A stretch of 64,000 bases of DNA from Bacteroidales bacterium (GCA_017554325.1 JAFZIP010000010.1:69760-133759), one strand, 5' to 3'. Counted from the first letter of the stretch, positions 38,296-49,243 are shown. Notes: generated from the sequence alone by a model not told the origin. Translations and numbers: made by a program.

Positions 38296-39033
38296 TTATT
38301 CAAAAGTGATAGAAAATAGAAATCCTTTGGAACGCAGTCCGGTGACACTGCCCTCATATTTGCCTTCCCGCTGCAACTGATCCATCAAACCAAGTGAGAA
38401 CTTCAGTTCGGTGGCAAGTTTGAAATAGGTGCAATAGAAGTCGAATCCCACTCCCACCTGAGCCATCACGTCATGGGCATTCACCAGAAGCACGTCGTGC
38501 GCCGACTGGTTGGCGATTTTCTCCGCCTTGCTATAGACGAGGTTGAAGCTGTACTGCGCACCTGCAAGCACGTATGCCCTCACATTGTTCATCATGCGGG
38601 TGGACTTGAACTTGACCAGCAAGGGCAGGTCGAGGAACACGATACCGTTGGCACCGCCATTGGCGTAACTGGTATTAGGGACATCGGAATTGCAGAAATA
38701 CTGCAGCTGACAGTCGGGGAACGAGAAGCTTGGGATAAAGCGCAGGTCAAAATACTTGCCCATGCGCAGATCGGACACAATGCCGAAGCCGAACGACTTG
38801 CCGGCACGGGGGTTCACCACACGCAGGGAGTCGCAACCATCCAAATTGGAGAGGTCCGGATTGCTGGATAAAACGTAAGTATAGGTACCCGCACTTAACG
38901 AGAACCCGAAATGATAGATCTTGTTGTCATACTGCGAGAGATTCGGAACGCCGAACCTGCGCGACTGCGCCGAGGCACCCGCAACGATGCCACACAACAG
39001 CAAGAAAACAAAAATTCTTTTTAAGAGATTCAT
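38296..39033 (-). CDS. Small outer-membrane beta-barrel protein (PorT/SprT-like family, tentative)
   Basis: 245 aa. Signal peptide ends ASA|QSR. The sequence has 8-10 amphipathic strands and a terminal F-x-F-like end (FSITFE). Confidence 0.5.
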   Translation of the reverse strand: MNLLKRIFVFLLLCGIVAGASAQSRRFGVPNLSQYDNKIYHFGFSLSAGTYTYVLSSNPDLSNLDGCDSLRVVNPRAGKSFGFGIVSDLRMGKYFDLRFIPSFSFPDCQLQYFCNSDVPNTSYANGGANGIVFLDLPLLVKFKSTRMMNNVRAYVLAGAQYSFNLVYSKAEKIANQSAHDVLLVNAHDVMAQVGVGFDFYCTYFKLATELKFSLGLMDQLQREGKYEGSVTGLRSKGFLFSITFE

Positions 39034-39082
39034 TACAAATGATATAAAGACGTGTAATAACGCTGAGAGAAAGATTTTATTA

Positions 39083-40099
39083 TTACTTCACGTCCTCTCC
39101 TTGGTTTTTAAAGACCTCGCTCTTCAGCTGGGCGGTGTTGATGGGTACCACACCCACATATTCACACACCAGACCGCCTGCCAGATTGGAGGCCAAGCAA
39201 GTCAGCTCCAGGCTCTCCCCTGCCAGCAGGAAAAGGGTAGATACGGAAATCACTGTGTCGCCGGCACCTGACGGGTCGCTCACGCGGCGCATGAAAGCAT
39301 CCTGATGATAGAATCTGTCGGACTTCCTGTCATAAAAAGCCATACCCTTATCGGACATGGTGATCAGCACCATATCTATATTCTTCTCAATGGCAAATTT
39401 CTTAGTAAGGTCATGGATATTCTCAAGGGAGAGGGCCACGTTATCCTCCAAATTCAAACCAGCGGAAAGCTCTTTCATATTCGGCTTGAACAGGTTGACA
39501 TTCTGGTAGTTGTTGAAGTTACGCTTCTTCGGGTCAACGGCGATGAAGATATTCTTCTTATGGGCGAAGCTGATGATTTCCTCAATGAGATCGCGGGAGA
39601 ACAAGCCCTTGTCATAGTCTTCGAAGATGATGGCATCGATGGGGTTATGGTCGATGATCTGCTCCACGGTGGTGAGGAACTGGCGTTTCTCGCGTTCCTT
39701 GAGCTGCTCGTCGCGTTCGTCATCCACACGCACGATATGGGCGTTGTTGCCAATAATGCGGTATTTCACGGTCGTACGGCGTCCGTAGATAGGGATTAAG
39801 CCGAGGGAGTCCAGTTCGCACTCCTCCATCAGGTCGTAGAGCACCTTGGACTTGTTGTCGCTACCGATCACGGAGCAGAGGATGGGCTTTGCGCCCAGCG
39901 ACTTGAGGTTGAGGGCCACGTTGGCCGCACCGCCCAACCGATAGTTGCGGCTCTGCGCATTCACGATGGGCACAGGGGCCTCCGGACTGATGCGGGTCAC
40001 CTTGCCGCTGATGTAGCAGTCGATCATCACATCCCCGATAACCAGCACATTAGCATTGCTGAACTTGTCGAATATTTCATTGATTTTATCCTTATCCAT
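39083..40099 (-). CDS. hldE: D-glycero-beta-D-manno-heptose-7-phosphate kinase (RfaE/HldE domain I only; PfkB family)
   Basis: VLVIGDVMIDCYISGKVTRISPEAPVPIV...LGGAANVALNL...SGAGDTVISV. No adenylyltransferase domain is fused. Confidence 0.8.
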   Translation of the reverse strand: MDKDKINEIFDKFSNANVLVIGDVMIDCYISGKVTRISPEAPVPIVNAQSRNYRLGGAANVALNLKSLGAKPILCSVIGSDNKSKVLYDLMEECELDSLGLIPIYGRRTTVKYRIIGNNAHIVRVDDERDEQLKEREKRQFLTTVEQIIDHNPIDAIIFEDYDKGLFSRDLIEEIISFAHKKNIFIAVDPKKRNFNNYQNVNLFKPNMKELSAGLNLEDNVALSLENIHDLTKKFAIEKNIDMVLITMSDKGMAFYDRKSDRFYHQDAFMRRVSDPSGAGDTVISVSTLFLLAGESLELTCLASNLAGGLVCEYVGVVPINTAQLKSEVFKNQGEDVK

Positions 40100-40119
40100 A
40101 GTAGTGAATTTTAAGAGCG

Positions 40120-40127
40120 CAAAAATA
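40120..40127 (-). promoter_or_regulatory. -7 box TATTTTTG upstream of the hldE kinase gene
   Basis: Plus strand reads caaaaata, 21 nt from the ATG at 40099. Confidence 0.5.
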
Positions 40128-40215
40128 CAAAATTTGCCACAAACCCGCAACACCAAACAGAGACTCTTTCAAAGTTTGTTTCTCTTCAAAAATGCCAAGA
40201 AATAAATTGATTTTC

Positions 40216-40223
40216 GTATTTTT
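40216..40223 (+). promoter_or_regulatory. -7 box TATTTTTG upstream of the ABC permease gene
   Basis: cgTATTTTTGcgg, 19 nt before the ATG at 40242. Confidence 0.5.
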
Positions 40224-40241
40224 GCGGCCTCAACCGCCAGT

Positions 40242-41342
40242 ATGATGAAATTCTTCAAGAAGAAGTCCAAAGACTACAATTCCGTTTCACTTTCCGCACT
40301 CACGTGGAAGCGCTTCCGCAAGCAGTGGGAGGGCATGGTGTCGCTGGGATTCATCCTGTTGGTGATTGTCATCTCCATACTGGGCTACCTCATCACGCCC
40401 GACAGCACGCCGCATTGCAACCACCAGCAGCTGGAAATCGCCCTGCGCAAGCCAGGCTTCTCGGTGCAGCTGCTGCAAGTGAAGCCCTCCCATGAGGTTC
40501 CCAAGGTCAACGGTCTGCGCAAGATGCTCTTCGGACAACCCGCCCTGTACCAGACAGTTCCCATAAGCGAATACAAAGATTCTGGCGATTCCCTCCATGT
40601 GCGCCTGTTCGAGCAGCGCGACTGGGCAAGTTACGCCAAGAGCGATTTGGCCAGCCTGCCGTTCGTCACTCGCAAGTTCCTGCTCGGCACCGACCGTTAC
40701 GGTCGCGATGTGCTCAGCCAGCTGATGATGGGCAGCCGCGTCAGCCTGTCGGTGGGGTTCCTCTCCATCTTCATCGCCCTCATCATCGGCATCATCATAG
40801 GCGCGGTGGCCGGCTACTATCGCGGCAAAGTTGACGATGTGCTCATGTTCATCATCAACGTGGTATGGTCCATCCCTACCCTGCTGCTGGTCATCGCCAT
40901 CAGTTTTGCATTGGGGAAAGGTTTTTGGCAGATTTTCATCGCCATCGGGCTCACCATGTGGGTCGATATTGCGCGCGTGGTGCGCGGACAGGTCATCAGC
41001 CTGCGCGAACAAGACTTTGTGGAATCCGGCAAAGCATTGGGTTACAACAGCATCCGGATCATATTCAAACACATACTTCCGAACATCACGGGCACCATCA
41101 TCGTGATTGCCGCCTCTAATTTCTCTTCCGCCATTCTGACAGAGGCTGGGTTGAGTTTCCTGGGTCTGGGTGTACAGCCTCCCATGCCTTCCTGGGGCAT
41201 CATGATGAAAGAAAACTACGCCTATATTGTACTGGACAAAGCCTACCTCGCCATCATACCGGGCATTGCCATCATGCTGTTAGTGTTGTCGTTCATGCTG
41301 ATTGGCAGCGCGTTAAGGAATGCGATGGACGTTAGGAATTAA
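40242..41342 (+). CDS. ABC transporter permease, DppC/OppC-like (BPD_transp_1)
   Basis: Six predicted TM segments. EAA-type loop QDFVESGKALGYNSIRIIFKHILPN. N-terminal OppC_N-like segment. Confidence 0.8.
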   Translation: MMKFFKKKSKDYNSVSLSALTWKRFRKQWEGMVSLGFILLVIVISILGYLITPDSTPHCNHQQLEIALRKPGFSVQLLQVKPSHEVPKVNGLRKMLFGQPALYQTVPISEYKDSGDSLHVRLFEQRDWASYAKSDLASLPFVTRKFLLGTDRYGRDVLSQLMMGSRVSLSVGFLSIFIALIIGIIIGAVAGYYRGKVDDVLMFIINVVWSIPTLLLVIAISFALGKGFWQIFIAIGLTMWVDIARVVRGQVISLREQDFVESGKALGYNSIRIIFKHILPNITGTIIVIAASNFSSAILTEAGLSFLGLGVQPPMPSWGIMMKENYAYIVLDKAYLAIIPGIAIMLLVLSFMLIGSALRNAMDVRN

Positions 41343-41376
41343 AAATTAAAAATTGAGAATTGAGAATTAGGAATTA
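41333..41376. repeat. 7-nt-period tandem array (aggaatt aaaaatt aaaaatt gagaatt gagaatt aggaatt)
   Basis: Read directly, between the convergent permease and tsaD genes. Confidence 0.7.
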
Positions 41377-41402
41377 ACTGGTCACTGATTCCTGTCCCCT
41401 GA

Positions 41403-42431
41403 CTACTGTACCCTGTTTTTCTCGCTGCTATAGGGCACCACATCCACATTCACGAATTCCCCCTTCAGGTATTTGAAATAGCCGCTCACAGCAATCATAG
41501 CCGCATTGTCAGTGGTCAGGTCCAAGGTGGGCAAAAAGAGATTGCGGTGATAGCGTCGCGCGACATCGACCGCCGCAGCGCGCAGGCCAGAGTTGGCCGA
41601 CACGCCTCCCGCCAGGACAAGGTCTTTGCAAGGAGAGGTCTTCAATGCCTTTATCACCTTATCCATCAATGATTTGATAATGGCGTATTGAATCGATGCT
41701 GCAAGATCATGGATGTTTTCTTCAATGAAATTCGGATTCTCCTTCAGATGATCCCGGACGAAATAGAGAAAGGAGGTCTTGAGTCCGCTGAAGCTGTAAT
41801 CCAATCCGGGGATATGAGCCACGGCAAACTGGAATTTCCTGGGGTCGCCTTCCTGTGCATATTTGTCAATGACGGGGCCGCCAGGGTACGGCAGGCCCAG
41901 AATCTTGGCCGCCTTGTCGAACGCCTCGCCCGCGGCGTCGTCGATCGTACCGCCCAAACGCTGCATGTCGAAGTAGTCGTTGACCTGCAAAAGCAGGGTA
42001 TGGCCGCCGGAGACCGTGAGGCAGAGGAAGGGGAAGGAGGGTTTGGGCTTGTCCTCATCGGGCTTGTTCAGGAAGTTGGCCAACACGTGGCCCTGCAAAT
42101 GATCCACCTGTATCAAGGGTATCTGCAAGCTGTACGCCATGGACTTCGCGAAGGAACTGCCCACCAGCAAAGAGCCGAGCAAGCCGGGGCCGTTTGTAAA
42201 AGCGATGGCGGATAACTGATTTTTATTTATCTTTGCGCGCTTTAATGCAGTGTCAATCACAGGGATGATATTCTGCTGATGTGCACGTGACGCCAACTCG
42301 GGTACCACCCCGCCAAATTCAGCGTGAACCTTCTGACTGGCAATGACATTAGAGAGTATGGTCGTGCCCTCCACCACAGCGGCGGAGGTGTCATCGCAGG
42401 AAGATTCTATACCAAGAATATAAACAGACAT
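41403..42431 (-). CDS. tsaD: tRNA N6-adenosine threonylcarbamoyltransferase
   Basis: ILGIESSCDDTSAAV...GGVVPELASRAH...SGGHT. Characteristic Kae1/TsaD motifs. Confidence 0.95.
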   Translation of the reverse strand: MSVYILGIESSCDDTSAAVVEGTTILSNVIASQKVHAEFGGVVPELASRAHQQNIIPVIDTALKRAKINKNQLSAIAFTNGPGLLGSLLVGSSFAKSMAYSLQIPLIQVDHLQGHVLANFLNKPDEDKPKPSFPFLCLTVSGGHTLLLQVNDYFDMQRLGGTIDDAAGEAFDKAAKILGLPYPGGPVIDKYAQEGDPRKFQFAVAHIPGLDYSFSGLKTSFLYFVRDHLKENPNFIEENIHDLAASIQYAIIKSLMDKVIKALKTSPCKDLVLAGGVSANSGLRAAAVDVARRYHRNLFLPTLDLTTDNAAMIAVSGYFKYLKGEFVNVDVVPYSSEKNRVQ

Positions 42432-42443
42432 AGGCTAACAATT

Positions 42444-45400
42444 GTGGGCAGCAAAAGTAGTAAAAAAATCGGGAAAATAATCCTATGGATTTTGGGAGTG
42501 TTCATCGCATTGGACCTCCTGCTCGTGGGACTGCTTTTCGTGCCCGCCATCCAGACCTATATCGTCAACAAAGTAACTGATATTGTCAATGAGAAATATG
42601 GCATAGGTCTAACCATCAAAGACGTGCGGCTCACCCCATCGCTGCGTCTGGTGGCCCACGAAGTGCGCATCCGCGACCTTCACAACAACGACATGATCTA
42701 TGTGGGCAAAGCCAACGGCCGCATTCGAGGCATTTCCATCAAGCCCTTCAAACTCAAACTCGGGAATGTAACCCTGGAGGACGGGGAAGTGATGATTCGG
42801 AAATATCTGGATGACGTTGATTACAACATATCTCTCTGGGTATTACAGATCCCAAGAAAGGTACACAGACCCACGATCCTGCTGACCGCCAAGCACCTCA
42901 AGTTAGTTAATTCACGCTTCACGCTCATCAACGACTACCAAAGGACGGTATTCAACACAGACGACCAACCGCCCATGGACTATGCCTTCCTGGAATTGAA
43001 GGACATCAACTGGGAGGCTGACAATTTCTTTGTGAACAACGACAGCGTAGCTGCCAAAATCAACCATATAGCGTTCAACCAATACAGTGGTTTAAGTTTG
43101 ACTGACGGCAGCTGCGACTTCAGCATCTGCAAGAAAGCCTTGATATTCGACGGGCTCAAGGCACAGACCACTCGCAGCAAAGTCAACCTTGACCTGGCGT
43201 TCGAGTACGACGATTGGGACGACTGCTCCGAGTTCATCGACTCTGTGCGTATCCGGGCTCAAGTGCGTCCCTCCACAATCGACATGCGCGATGTGGCCGA
43301 TTGGTTCGGCGATCTGCGGGGAATGTCTGAGGTGCTCACCATCTCTGCCGACCAATTTGACGGGACCATCAACGACTTCCGGATCACCAACCTGAACGCC
43401 AGCTGTGGCCCGGTCAACCGGCTGCACGGCGACGTGGCTATGCAAAACATCACCACCCCGACACGTGCGCATTTCAACGTCAACATAGATTCATGCAGCG
43501 TGTATGTGCCTGGACTGGCCCTGCTCACTCTGCCGGGAAACAAAAAACTGGAAATCAACAAAACGATAGCAGAACTCGGGCAGACCCATGGACGGTTGAC
43601 ATTCAACGGTACACTCACAGACTTCAACACTGACCTTGTCGCAACTTCCGCCGTCGGCGACCTCAACGCCACGCTTTCCTCTCTGGTGTATGACAATCTG
43701 TTGATGTTGCAAGGCAACGTCAGCTCCACGGGCATCAACATCGCCAAGCTGATCCACAACGACAGGGTAATCGGCGGCACCGCTTTCGATCTGGCCTTTG
43801 AGGGCGGGCTGGGTGACAAAACCTGGTCAAAAGAGGGGTTCCAAAAGCTACAGGGAACAATCAGCGGAGAAATCTCGCATCTGGACATCTACAACTATCC
43901 GTTGAAAAGCACCTCCGTGTCGGGTGTTTATAAGAACCGTTTGTACGACCTCACGCTGCACTCCGACGACCCGCACCTGAAATGCGACATCATAGGGCAG
44001 TTGGACATGACTGCGGAAGAACCGCTGTTGCAGGGCAACATCAACATGGACAAGATAGACCTCGGGGACATTGCCAACACCATGCCGCGGCGCGACTCCG
44101 CCACGGCCAAGGGTCTAGACAAGATCATCTATACTATTCAACAAAACCCGACCATGGAGGCCGGCTTCGACAACCTGACCTTCACCCTCAGGGGCACAAA
44201 TCTTGACGACGTAAGCGGCTATGTGGGATGTGACAACATTCGCGTTTACAACAACGGCGACAGCCTCAGGGACTGCCGGTTCCGCATCACCTCCATCAAC
44301 ACTGACATAGCCCACAAGTTCATCGTCTCCTCCAACATCGCCAATGCCTCTTTGGAGACGAACTATCCGCTGGCCTGCGCCGTGGACTCCATCAAGGCAT
44401 TCGCTCATAACTATTTCCCCAGCCTCATACCTGCACCCAAGGTCCACCCATACAAGGAAAACCGGCACCACGCCGAGAACAATGACTACTACATCAAAGT
44501 GAATGCCAGCACCTACAGGACCTACAACGTGCTCAAGCTCATATTCCCAGACCTGTTCATCGCTCCAAACTCCACCGTGGACATGGCATTGTACTCCGAC
44601 AATCGCAGTGACATGGTCGAGGTCAACATTCCCTTCTTCTTCATCCGCAACAAAATCCGCATTTACAACTTAAGCTTAGACGGCAACACACAAAACCAAG
44701 AGCGCATCAATTTGGACGGATCCATCGACTCGCTCATAATCGGCAAGAGGGATAGCAAGTTGACATTTGATCACATCGCCATCGAAGGCAGCTCCAACAT
44801 AGACAGCGTGCTGTACGATATCAGTTGGCACAACGACTTCAACAAGCGGACGGGACACAAATCCAAGGTGGCCGGTTCCGTCATCATTTCCCAACCCGAA
44901 GACATCATCTTCCATTTGCACAACACCTCCCTATGCTTGAACGATCTGGACTGGACATTCAACAACGAAAATGCCATCCATCTCAAGAAGGATAGGGTTT
45001 CCGTTGACAATCTCATCATTGACAACGACTCGAGTGTCCTACGCGTCAACGGCGACTATTCTTTCAACAAGACAAATTCTGAAATGAGCATCAAAGCAGA
45101 GGCACTCGACCTGGCCTTAGCCAACCCTCTGCTTTCCAACATGAGTTTCGGCGGCAGTCTCAACGCCGACGTACACCTGCGCAATGGACAGCGGCGTCTG
45201 CTTTTAGGCAAGGTGTTGGCAGACGACTTTGTGTTCAACGGCACCGAGATTGGCGACCTGTTCATGATGGCTGGATGGAACGGAGAAAGCAACATCGGTT
45301 TCTCCGGCGGTTTCTTCCACAACAATGAAATATTAACCGCCAGCACGTTCTCCTCATACGACGTGCGGCAATTCGAAAAAGAGAAGAACATCTTTGCCCA

Positions 45401-47051
45401 CATCAAAGGACTATATGAAACCAGCAAGAAGAGATTCCAAGCACACGCCACCTTTGACACGCTGAATGCCGGATTCCTGGACCCGTTCCTGTCGGGATTC
45501 AGCGATCACATCAAGGGCACGGCTTCCGGCAATCTATCCTTCTATGCCAACCCCGACTCCACCTACTTCGACGGCACTGTCACTGTGATTGAAGCCAACA
45601 TGGGCATTGCGGCATTGGGCACCAACTATGATGTGAAGAATCAGGACATCCGATTCACCAATGAGGGTATCTTTTTTGATAACATGAAACTGAGTGACCC
45701 CGACGGCAACCAAGGCATACTCTTGGGCAGTATCAAGCACAAAATGTTCAAAGACATGCTGTTTGACCTGAGAATCATCACACCGGGCATCATGGTGCTC
45801 AACACACCCAAGACCGTCAATTCCAGTTTTTACGGCAAAGGCTACGCTTCCGGCATAGTGACGATCACGGGCACGGACGAGAAGTTAGCGTTCCGCGGGG
45901 CCAATTTGGAGACACTGGAGGGCACCAAAATTTACCTGCAAATCAGCTCTGCCAACTCCGCCTCCGAATCCGACATTATCCGGTTCAAGACCACGGTCGC
46001 GAGCGATTTGACCGACTCGGAAGATTCTAAATCCAGCACCGAGCTTGATTTTGACTTCACCTTCAATGTCACGGACGCTGCCGACGTTGTGCTGTTGTTG
46101 GAATCCATCGGCGGCACGCTGAATGCACGCGCCAATGGCAACTTCCGTCTCACGTACAATGACCAGGACAACCTCAATCTATACGGCAACTTGGAATTGC
46201 ACTCCGGCTACTTCCGATTCTCCTTGTATAACATTGTCAACTCCCGCCTCACGCTCGTCCCGGGTGGCAGCATCATCTTCGATGGTCCGCTGGACAACAT
46301 GGTGGTCAATGCCAGCGCCTACAAGAGTTCCAAGACCTCCTTGGCCAACATTGTGCCGCAAGAATACCTTGTCAGCACGGCCTCTTCCAATGTGGATGCC
46401 TACTTGCATCTCAACGGGGAAATCATGAAGAAACTCGAACCGACCTTCAGTTTTGAATTGCCCAACAGCAGCCCAGAGGTGAGCAACATATTCTACAACG
46501 CGATCGACACCACTAACAAGGAGAACATGACCAAGCAGTTCGCCTATTTCATAGTCACCAACAATTTCATGCCGAACGAACTCTTTGCCAACAATGGTAC
46601 GGGTGGCAACTATTCCATGTTGAGCAATCTCATCAACAACACGTTAAGCAAGCTGATGGAAGGCCAGAAAGGCTCATTCGGGGTTATATACAACCAGGCA
46701 AGCGAGAGCACTGTCGCCGAATATGGTCTCAGGGCTAACGCCAACCTTTGGCAGGACCGGATCAATTTGTCCACGAGTATCGGCTACTACGACGACAAGA
46801 ACACCGCAGCCACGAACAACCTATACGGGGACTTCACGTTGGAATACAACATCAACAAGGCTGGCACCTGGAAGCTGAAAGCATACACGTTCGTCGGCGA
46901 GCATGATGAGAATTATTACAACCATGACATCAACTCGCAGATCAACTACACTGCCGGTGTGGCTTTGGCCTACAAACAGAGTTTCGACTCACGGTCGCGC
47001 CGCAGAATCCGGCGTGCGATGGAGGCGGCCTCCAAATCCAAGAAGAAATAA
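42444..47051 (+). CDS. tamB: Translocation/assembly module protein TamB-like (giant periplasm-spanning protein)
   Basis: About 1535 aa. N-terminal anchor ILWILGVFIALDLLLVGLLF, a long beta-rich repetitive body, and a C-terminal DUF490-like end. The start is taken as the in-frame GTG at 42444, because the ORF upstream of it overlaps tsaD. Confidence 0.75.
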   Translation: MGSKSSKKIGKIILWILGVFIALDLLLVGLLFVPAIQTYIVNKVTDIVNEKYGIGLTIKDVRLTPSLRLVAHEVRIRDLHNNDMIYVGKANGRIRGISIKPFKLKLGNVTLEDGEVMIRKYLDDVDYNISLWVLQIPRKVHRPTILLTAKHLKLVNSRFTLINDYQRTVFNTDDQPPMDYAFLELKDINWEADNFFVNNDSVAAKINHIAFNQYSGLSLTDGSCDFSICKKALIFDGLKAQTTRSKVNLDLAFEYDDWDDCSEFIDSVRIRAQVRPSTIDMRDVADWFGDLRGMSEVLTISADQFDGTINDFRITNLNASCGPVNRLHGDVAMQNITTPTRAHFNVNIDSCSVYVPGLALLTLPGNKKLEINKTIAELGQTHGRLTFNGTLTDFNTDLVATSAVGDLNATLSSLVYDNLLMLQGNVSSTGINIAKLIHNDRVIGGTAFDLAFEGGLGDKTWSKEGFQKLQGTISGEISHLDIYNYPLKSTSVSGVYKNRLYDLTLHSDDPHLKCDIIGQLDMTAEEPLLQGNINMDKIDLGDIANTMPRRDSATAKGLDKIIYTIQQNPTMEAGFDNLTFTLRGTNLDDVSGYVGCDNIRVYNNGDSLRDCRFRITSINTDIAHKFIVSSNIANASLETNYPLACAVDSIKAFAHNYFPSLIPAPKVHPYKENRHHAENNDYYIKVNASTYRTYNVLKLIFPDLFIAPNSTVDMALYSDNRSDMVEVNIPFFFIRNKIRIYNLSLDGNTQNQERINLDGSIDSLIIGKRDSKLTFDHIAIEGSSNIDSVLYDISWHNDFNKRTGHKSKVAGSVIISQPEDIIFHLHNTSLCLNDLDWTFNNENAIHLKKDRVSVDNLIIDNDSSVLRVNGDYSFNKTNSEMSIKAEALDLALANPLLSNMSFGGSLNADVHLRNGQRRLLLGKVLADDFVFNGTEIGDLFMMAGWNGESNIGFSGGFFHNNEILTASTFSSYDVRQFEKEKNIFAHIKGLYETSKKRFQAHATFDTLNAGFLDPFLSGFSDHIKGTASGNLSFYANPDSTYFDGTVTVIEANMGIAALGTNYDVKNQDIRFTNEGIFFDNMKLSDPDGNQGILLGSIKHKMFKDMLFDLRIITPGIMVLNTPKTVNSSFYGKGYASGIVTITGTDEKLAFRGANLETLEGTKIYLQISSANSASESDIIRFKTTVASDLTDSEDSKSSTELDFDFTFNVTDAADVVLLLESIGGTLNARANGNFRLTYNDQDNLNLYGNLELHSGYFRFSLYNIVNSRLTLVPGGSIIFDGPLDNMVVNASAYKSSKTSLANIVPQEYLVSTASSNVDAYLHLNGEIMKKLEPTFSFELPNSSPEVSNIFYNAIDTTNKENMTKQFAYFIVTNNFMPNELFANNGTGGNYSMLSNLINNTLSKLMEGQKGSFGVIYNQASESTVAEYGLRANANLWQDRINLSTSIGYYDDKNTAATNNLYGDFTLEYNINKAGTWKLKAYTFVGEHDENYYNHDINSQINYTAGVALAYKQSFDSRSRRRIRRAMEAASKSKKK

Positions 47052-47120
47052 GCGACACGCGTTGCCATTTCCAATTGGGTGGCCGGGATTATGCCACGCC
47101 ATTGCGACCGGAGCAACGTA

Positions 47121-47807
47121 CTACTTCAAAGAAAACATAATATCGGAAACTTCCAACAGCTTCTCATACTGCTTATTGGGTTTCAATGCATATACGCGTT
47201 TGCCAGCGACCAGATAGAAATCATCATCATAACAAACCACCTTCACATTTTCGATGCTGAGGCCCTTGAGTTTGACGGTATTTCCGGAGAACTGGTAAGA
47301 CAATCTGTTTTTGATCGGAGTTTCCCATTGCTGGATCTGCATCTGGGCTATGCCGTTGTTTGGCATAGGAATTTCCTGCTTATTGTGATTCAGATAGATT
47401 ACCTTCTGCACATTTTTCTTCAGCATCCGTTCGCCCACAATATTCTGATGCGCCACCTCGGTCTCCTGCAATTCGCGAAGATCGTCATCATCCAGCATGA
47501 AGTCCTGATAGTCGGTTTCATCCGACAAGACTGAGTCTGCGGCAAGCGTATCGGAAGATAGCGAATTGTTTTCCGTAGCATTCTCGGTCTGGTACTTGTG
47601 AATCACATAGTTCACGACCGTATCCGACTTGCCTTCGGGGGTTGGTTCCATTACCCTGACCACTGTAGGATGCTTATAGTCAAGCCAGTCCACCAGCAAC
47701 ATCGTGAGCAGTGCGCCCAGCAAAAGACCGATCACCCCGCCAAGCACGAAAAGCAATCTGCGGCGGCGGTTATCCGTTTTTTTTTCTGAAAAATCCTCCT
47801 GACTCAT
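47121..47807 (-). CDS. Hypothetical single-pass membrane protein
   Basis: MSQEDFSEKKTDNRRRR followed by the TM helix LLFVLGGVIGLLLGALLTMLL. I recognise no domain. Confidence 0.45.
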   Translation of the reverse strand: MSQEDFSEKKTDNRRRRLLFVLGGVIGLLLGALLTMLLVDWLDYKHPTVVRVMEPTPEGKSDTVVNYVIHKYQTENATENNSLSSDTLAADSVLSDETDYQDFMLDDDDLRELQETEVAHQNIVGERMLKKNVQKVIYLNHNKQEIPMPNNGIAQMQIQQWETPIKNRLSYQFSGNTVKLKGLSIENVKVVCYDDDFYLVAGKRVYALKPNKQYEKLLEVSDIMFSLK

Positions 47808-47889
47808 ACGGTAAAATTGAACGTGGCAAAGATACAAAAGAGTTCATAAAGTTAAAACAGAAAAGTTAAAAACACACAACTATTTTTTA

Positions 47890-47897
47890 TATATTTG
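47890..47897 (+). promoter_or_regulatory. -7 box TATATTTG upstream of glyA
   Basis: ttTATATTTGcag, 50 nt before the ATG at 47948. Confidence 0.5.
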
Positions 47898-47947
47898 CAG
47901 CTGGACATTTATTTTATAAAAATATCTAATAATCAATAAATTATAAT

Positions 47948-49228
47948 ATGAAAAGAGACGAACAAATCTTCAATCTCATCGAACAGGAGCGTCAACGCCA
48001 GACCAACGGCATTGAGCTGATCGCTTCCGAGAATTTTGTCAGCCCCCAAGTGATGGAGGCCATGGGGTCCGTTATGACCAACAAATACGCTGAAGGCCTT
48101 CCGGGCAAGCGCTACTACGGCGGCTGCCAGATTGTGGACCAGAGCGAGCAAATCGCCATCGACCGCGTGAAAGAGCTCTTCGGCTGCGAGTGGGCCAACG
48201 TGCAGCCGCACTCCGGTGCACAGGCCAACATGGCCGTGCTGCTCACCTGCCTGCAACCCGGCGACACCTTCATGGGTCTCGACCTTAACCATGGCGGTCA
48301 CCTCTCCCACGGTTCCCCCGTCAACTCTTCCGGCATCCTCTATCACCAGGTGGCATACCAGGTGGAAGAAGAGACTGGTTGTGTGAACTATGACACCATG
48401 GAGGAAGTGGCTCTCCGCGAGCGTCCGAAACTCATCATCGGTGGTGCTTCCGCCTACAGCCGCGACTGGGACTGGGCACGCATGCGCAAAATCGCTGACG
48501 AGATCGGCGCCATCCTGATGGCCGACATCTCCCACCCTGCCGGTTTGATTGCCAAGGGTCTGTTGAACAACGCCGTGGCACACTGTCACATCGTGACCAC
48601 CACCACCCACAAGACCCTGCGCGGACCGCGCGGCGGCCTCATCATGATGGGCAAGGACTTCGAGAACCCGTGGGGCAAGACCACCCCGAAGGGCGTCGTG
48701 AAAATGATGTCGCAGATGCTCGACTCTGCCGTATTCCCGGGCGTGCAAGGCGGCCCGCTGGAGCACGTCATCGCCGCCAAGGCCGTCGCATTCGGCGAGG
48801 CCCTGACCGATGAATACGCACAATATGTGAAACAGGTGAAGCTGAACGCAGCAGCCATGGCCGAGGCCTTCAACAAGAGAGGCTACAAGATCATCTCCAA
48901 CGGCACCGACAACCATCTGATGCTGATCGACCTCCGCACCAAGTTCCCCGATATGACGGGCAAGGTGGCCGAGAACACTCTCGTGAAGGCCGACATCACC
49001 ATCAACAAGAACATGGTTCCGTTCGACACCCGCTCCGCATTCCAGACCTCCGGTCTGCGCGTCGGAACGCCCGCCATCACCACCCGCGGCCTCAAAGAGG
49101 CTGACATGGATGGCATCGTCGAGATGATCGACAACATCCTCTGCGACGTGGAGAACGAAGAGCTCATCGCCAAGACCCGCAAGACGGTCAACGACATGAT
49201 GCACGACAGACCGCTGTTCGCATGGTAA
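47948..49228 (+). CDS. glyA: Serine hydroxymethyltransferase
   Basis: [18 protein letters not shown]...[14 protein letters not shown]...[14 protein letters not shown]. Confidence 0.97.
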   Translation: MKRDEQIFNLIEQERQRQTNGIELIASENFVSPQVMEAMGSVMTNKYAEGLPGKRYYGGCQIVDQSEQIAIDRVKELFGCEWANVQPHSGAQANMAVLLTCLQPGDTFMGLDLNHGGHLSHGSPVNSSGILYHQVAYQVEEETGCVNYDTMEEVALRERPKLIIGGASAYSRDWDWARMRKIADEIGAILMADISHPAGLIAKGLLNNAVAHCHIVTTTTHKTLRGPRGGLIMMGKDFENPWGKTTPKGVVKMMSQMLDSAVFPGVQGGPLEHVIAAKAVAFGEALTDEYAQYVKQVKLNAAAMAEAFNKRGYKIISNGTDNHLMLIDLRTKFPDMTGKVAENTLVKADITINKNMVPFDTRSAFQTSGLRVGTPAITTRGLKEADMDGIVEMIDNILCDVENEELIAKTRKTVNDMMHDRPLFAW

Positions 49229-49243
49229 TGTTCGATTACATTC

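Noticed and set aside
42324-42443. The ATG at 42324 as the tamB start.
   Set aside because: It lies inside tsaD on the opposite strand, and the encoded 40 aa are featureless. The membrane anchor begins just after the GTG at 42444.
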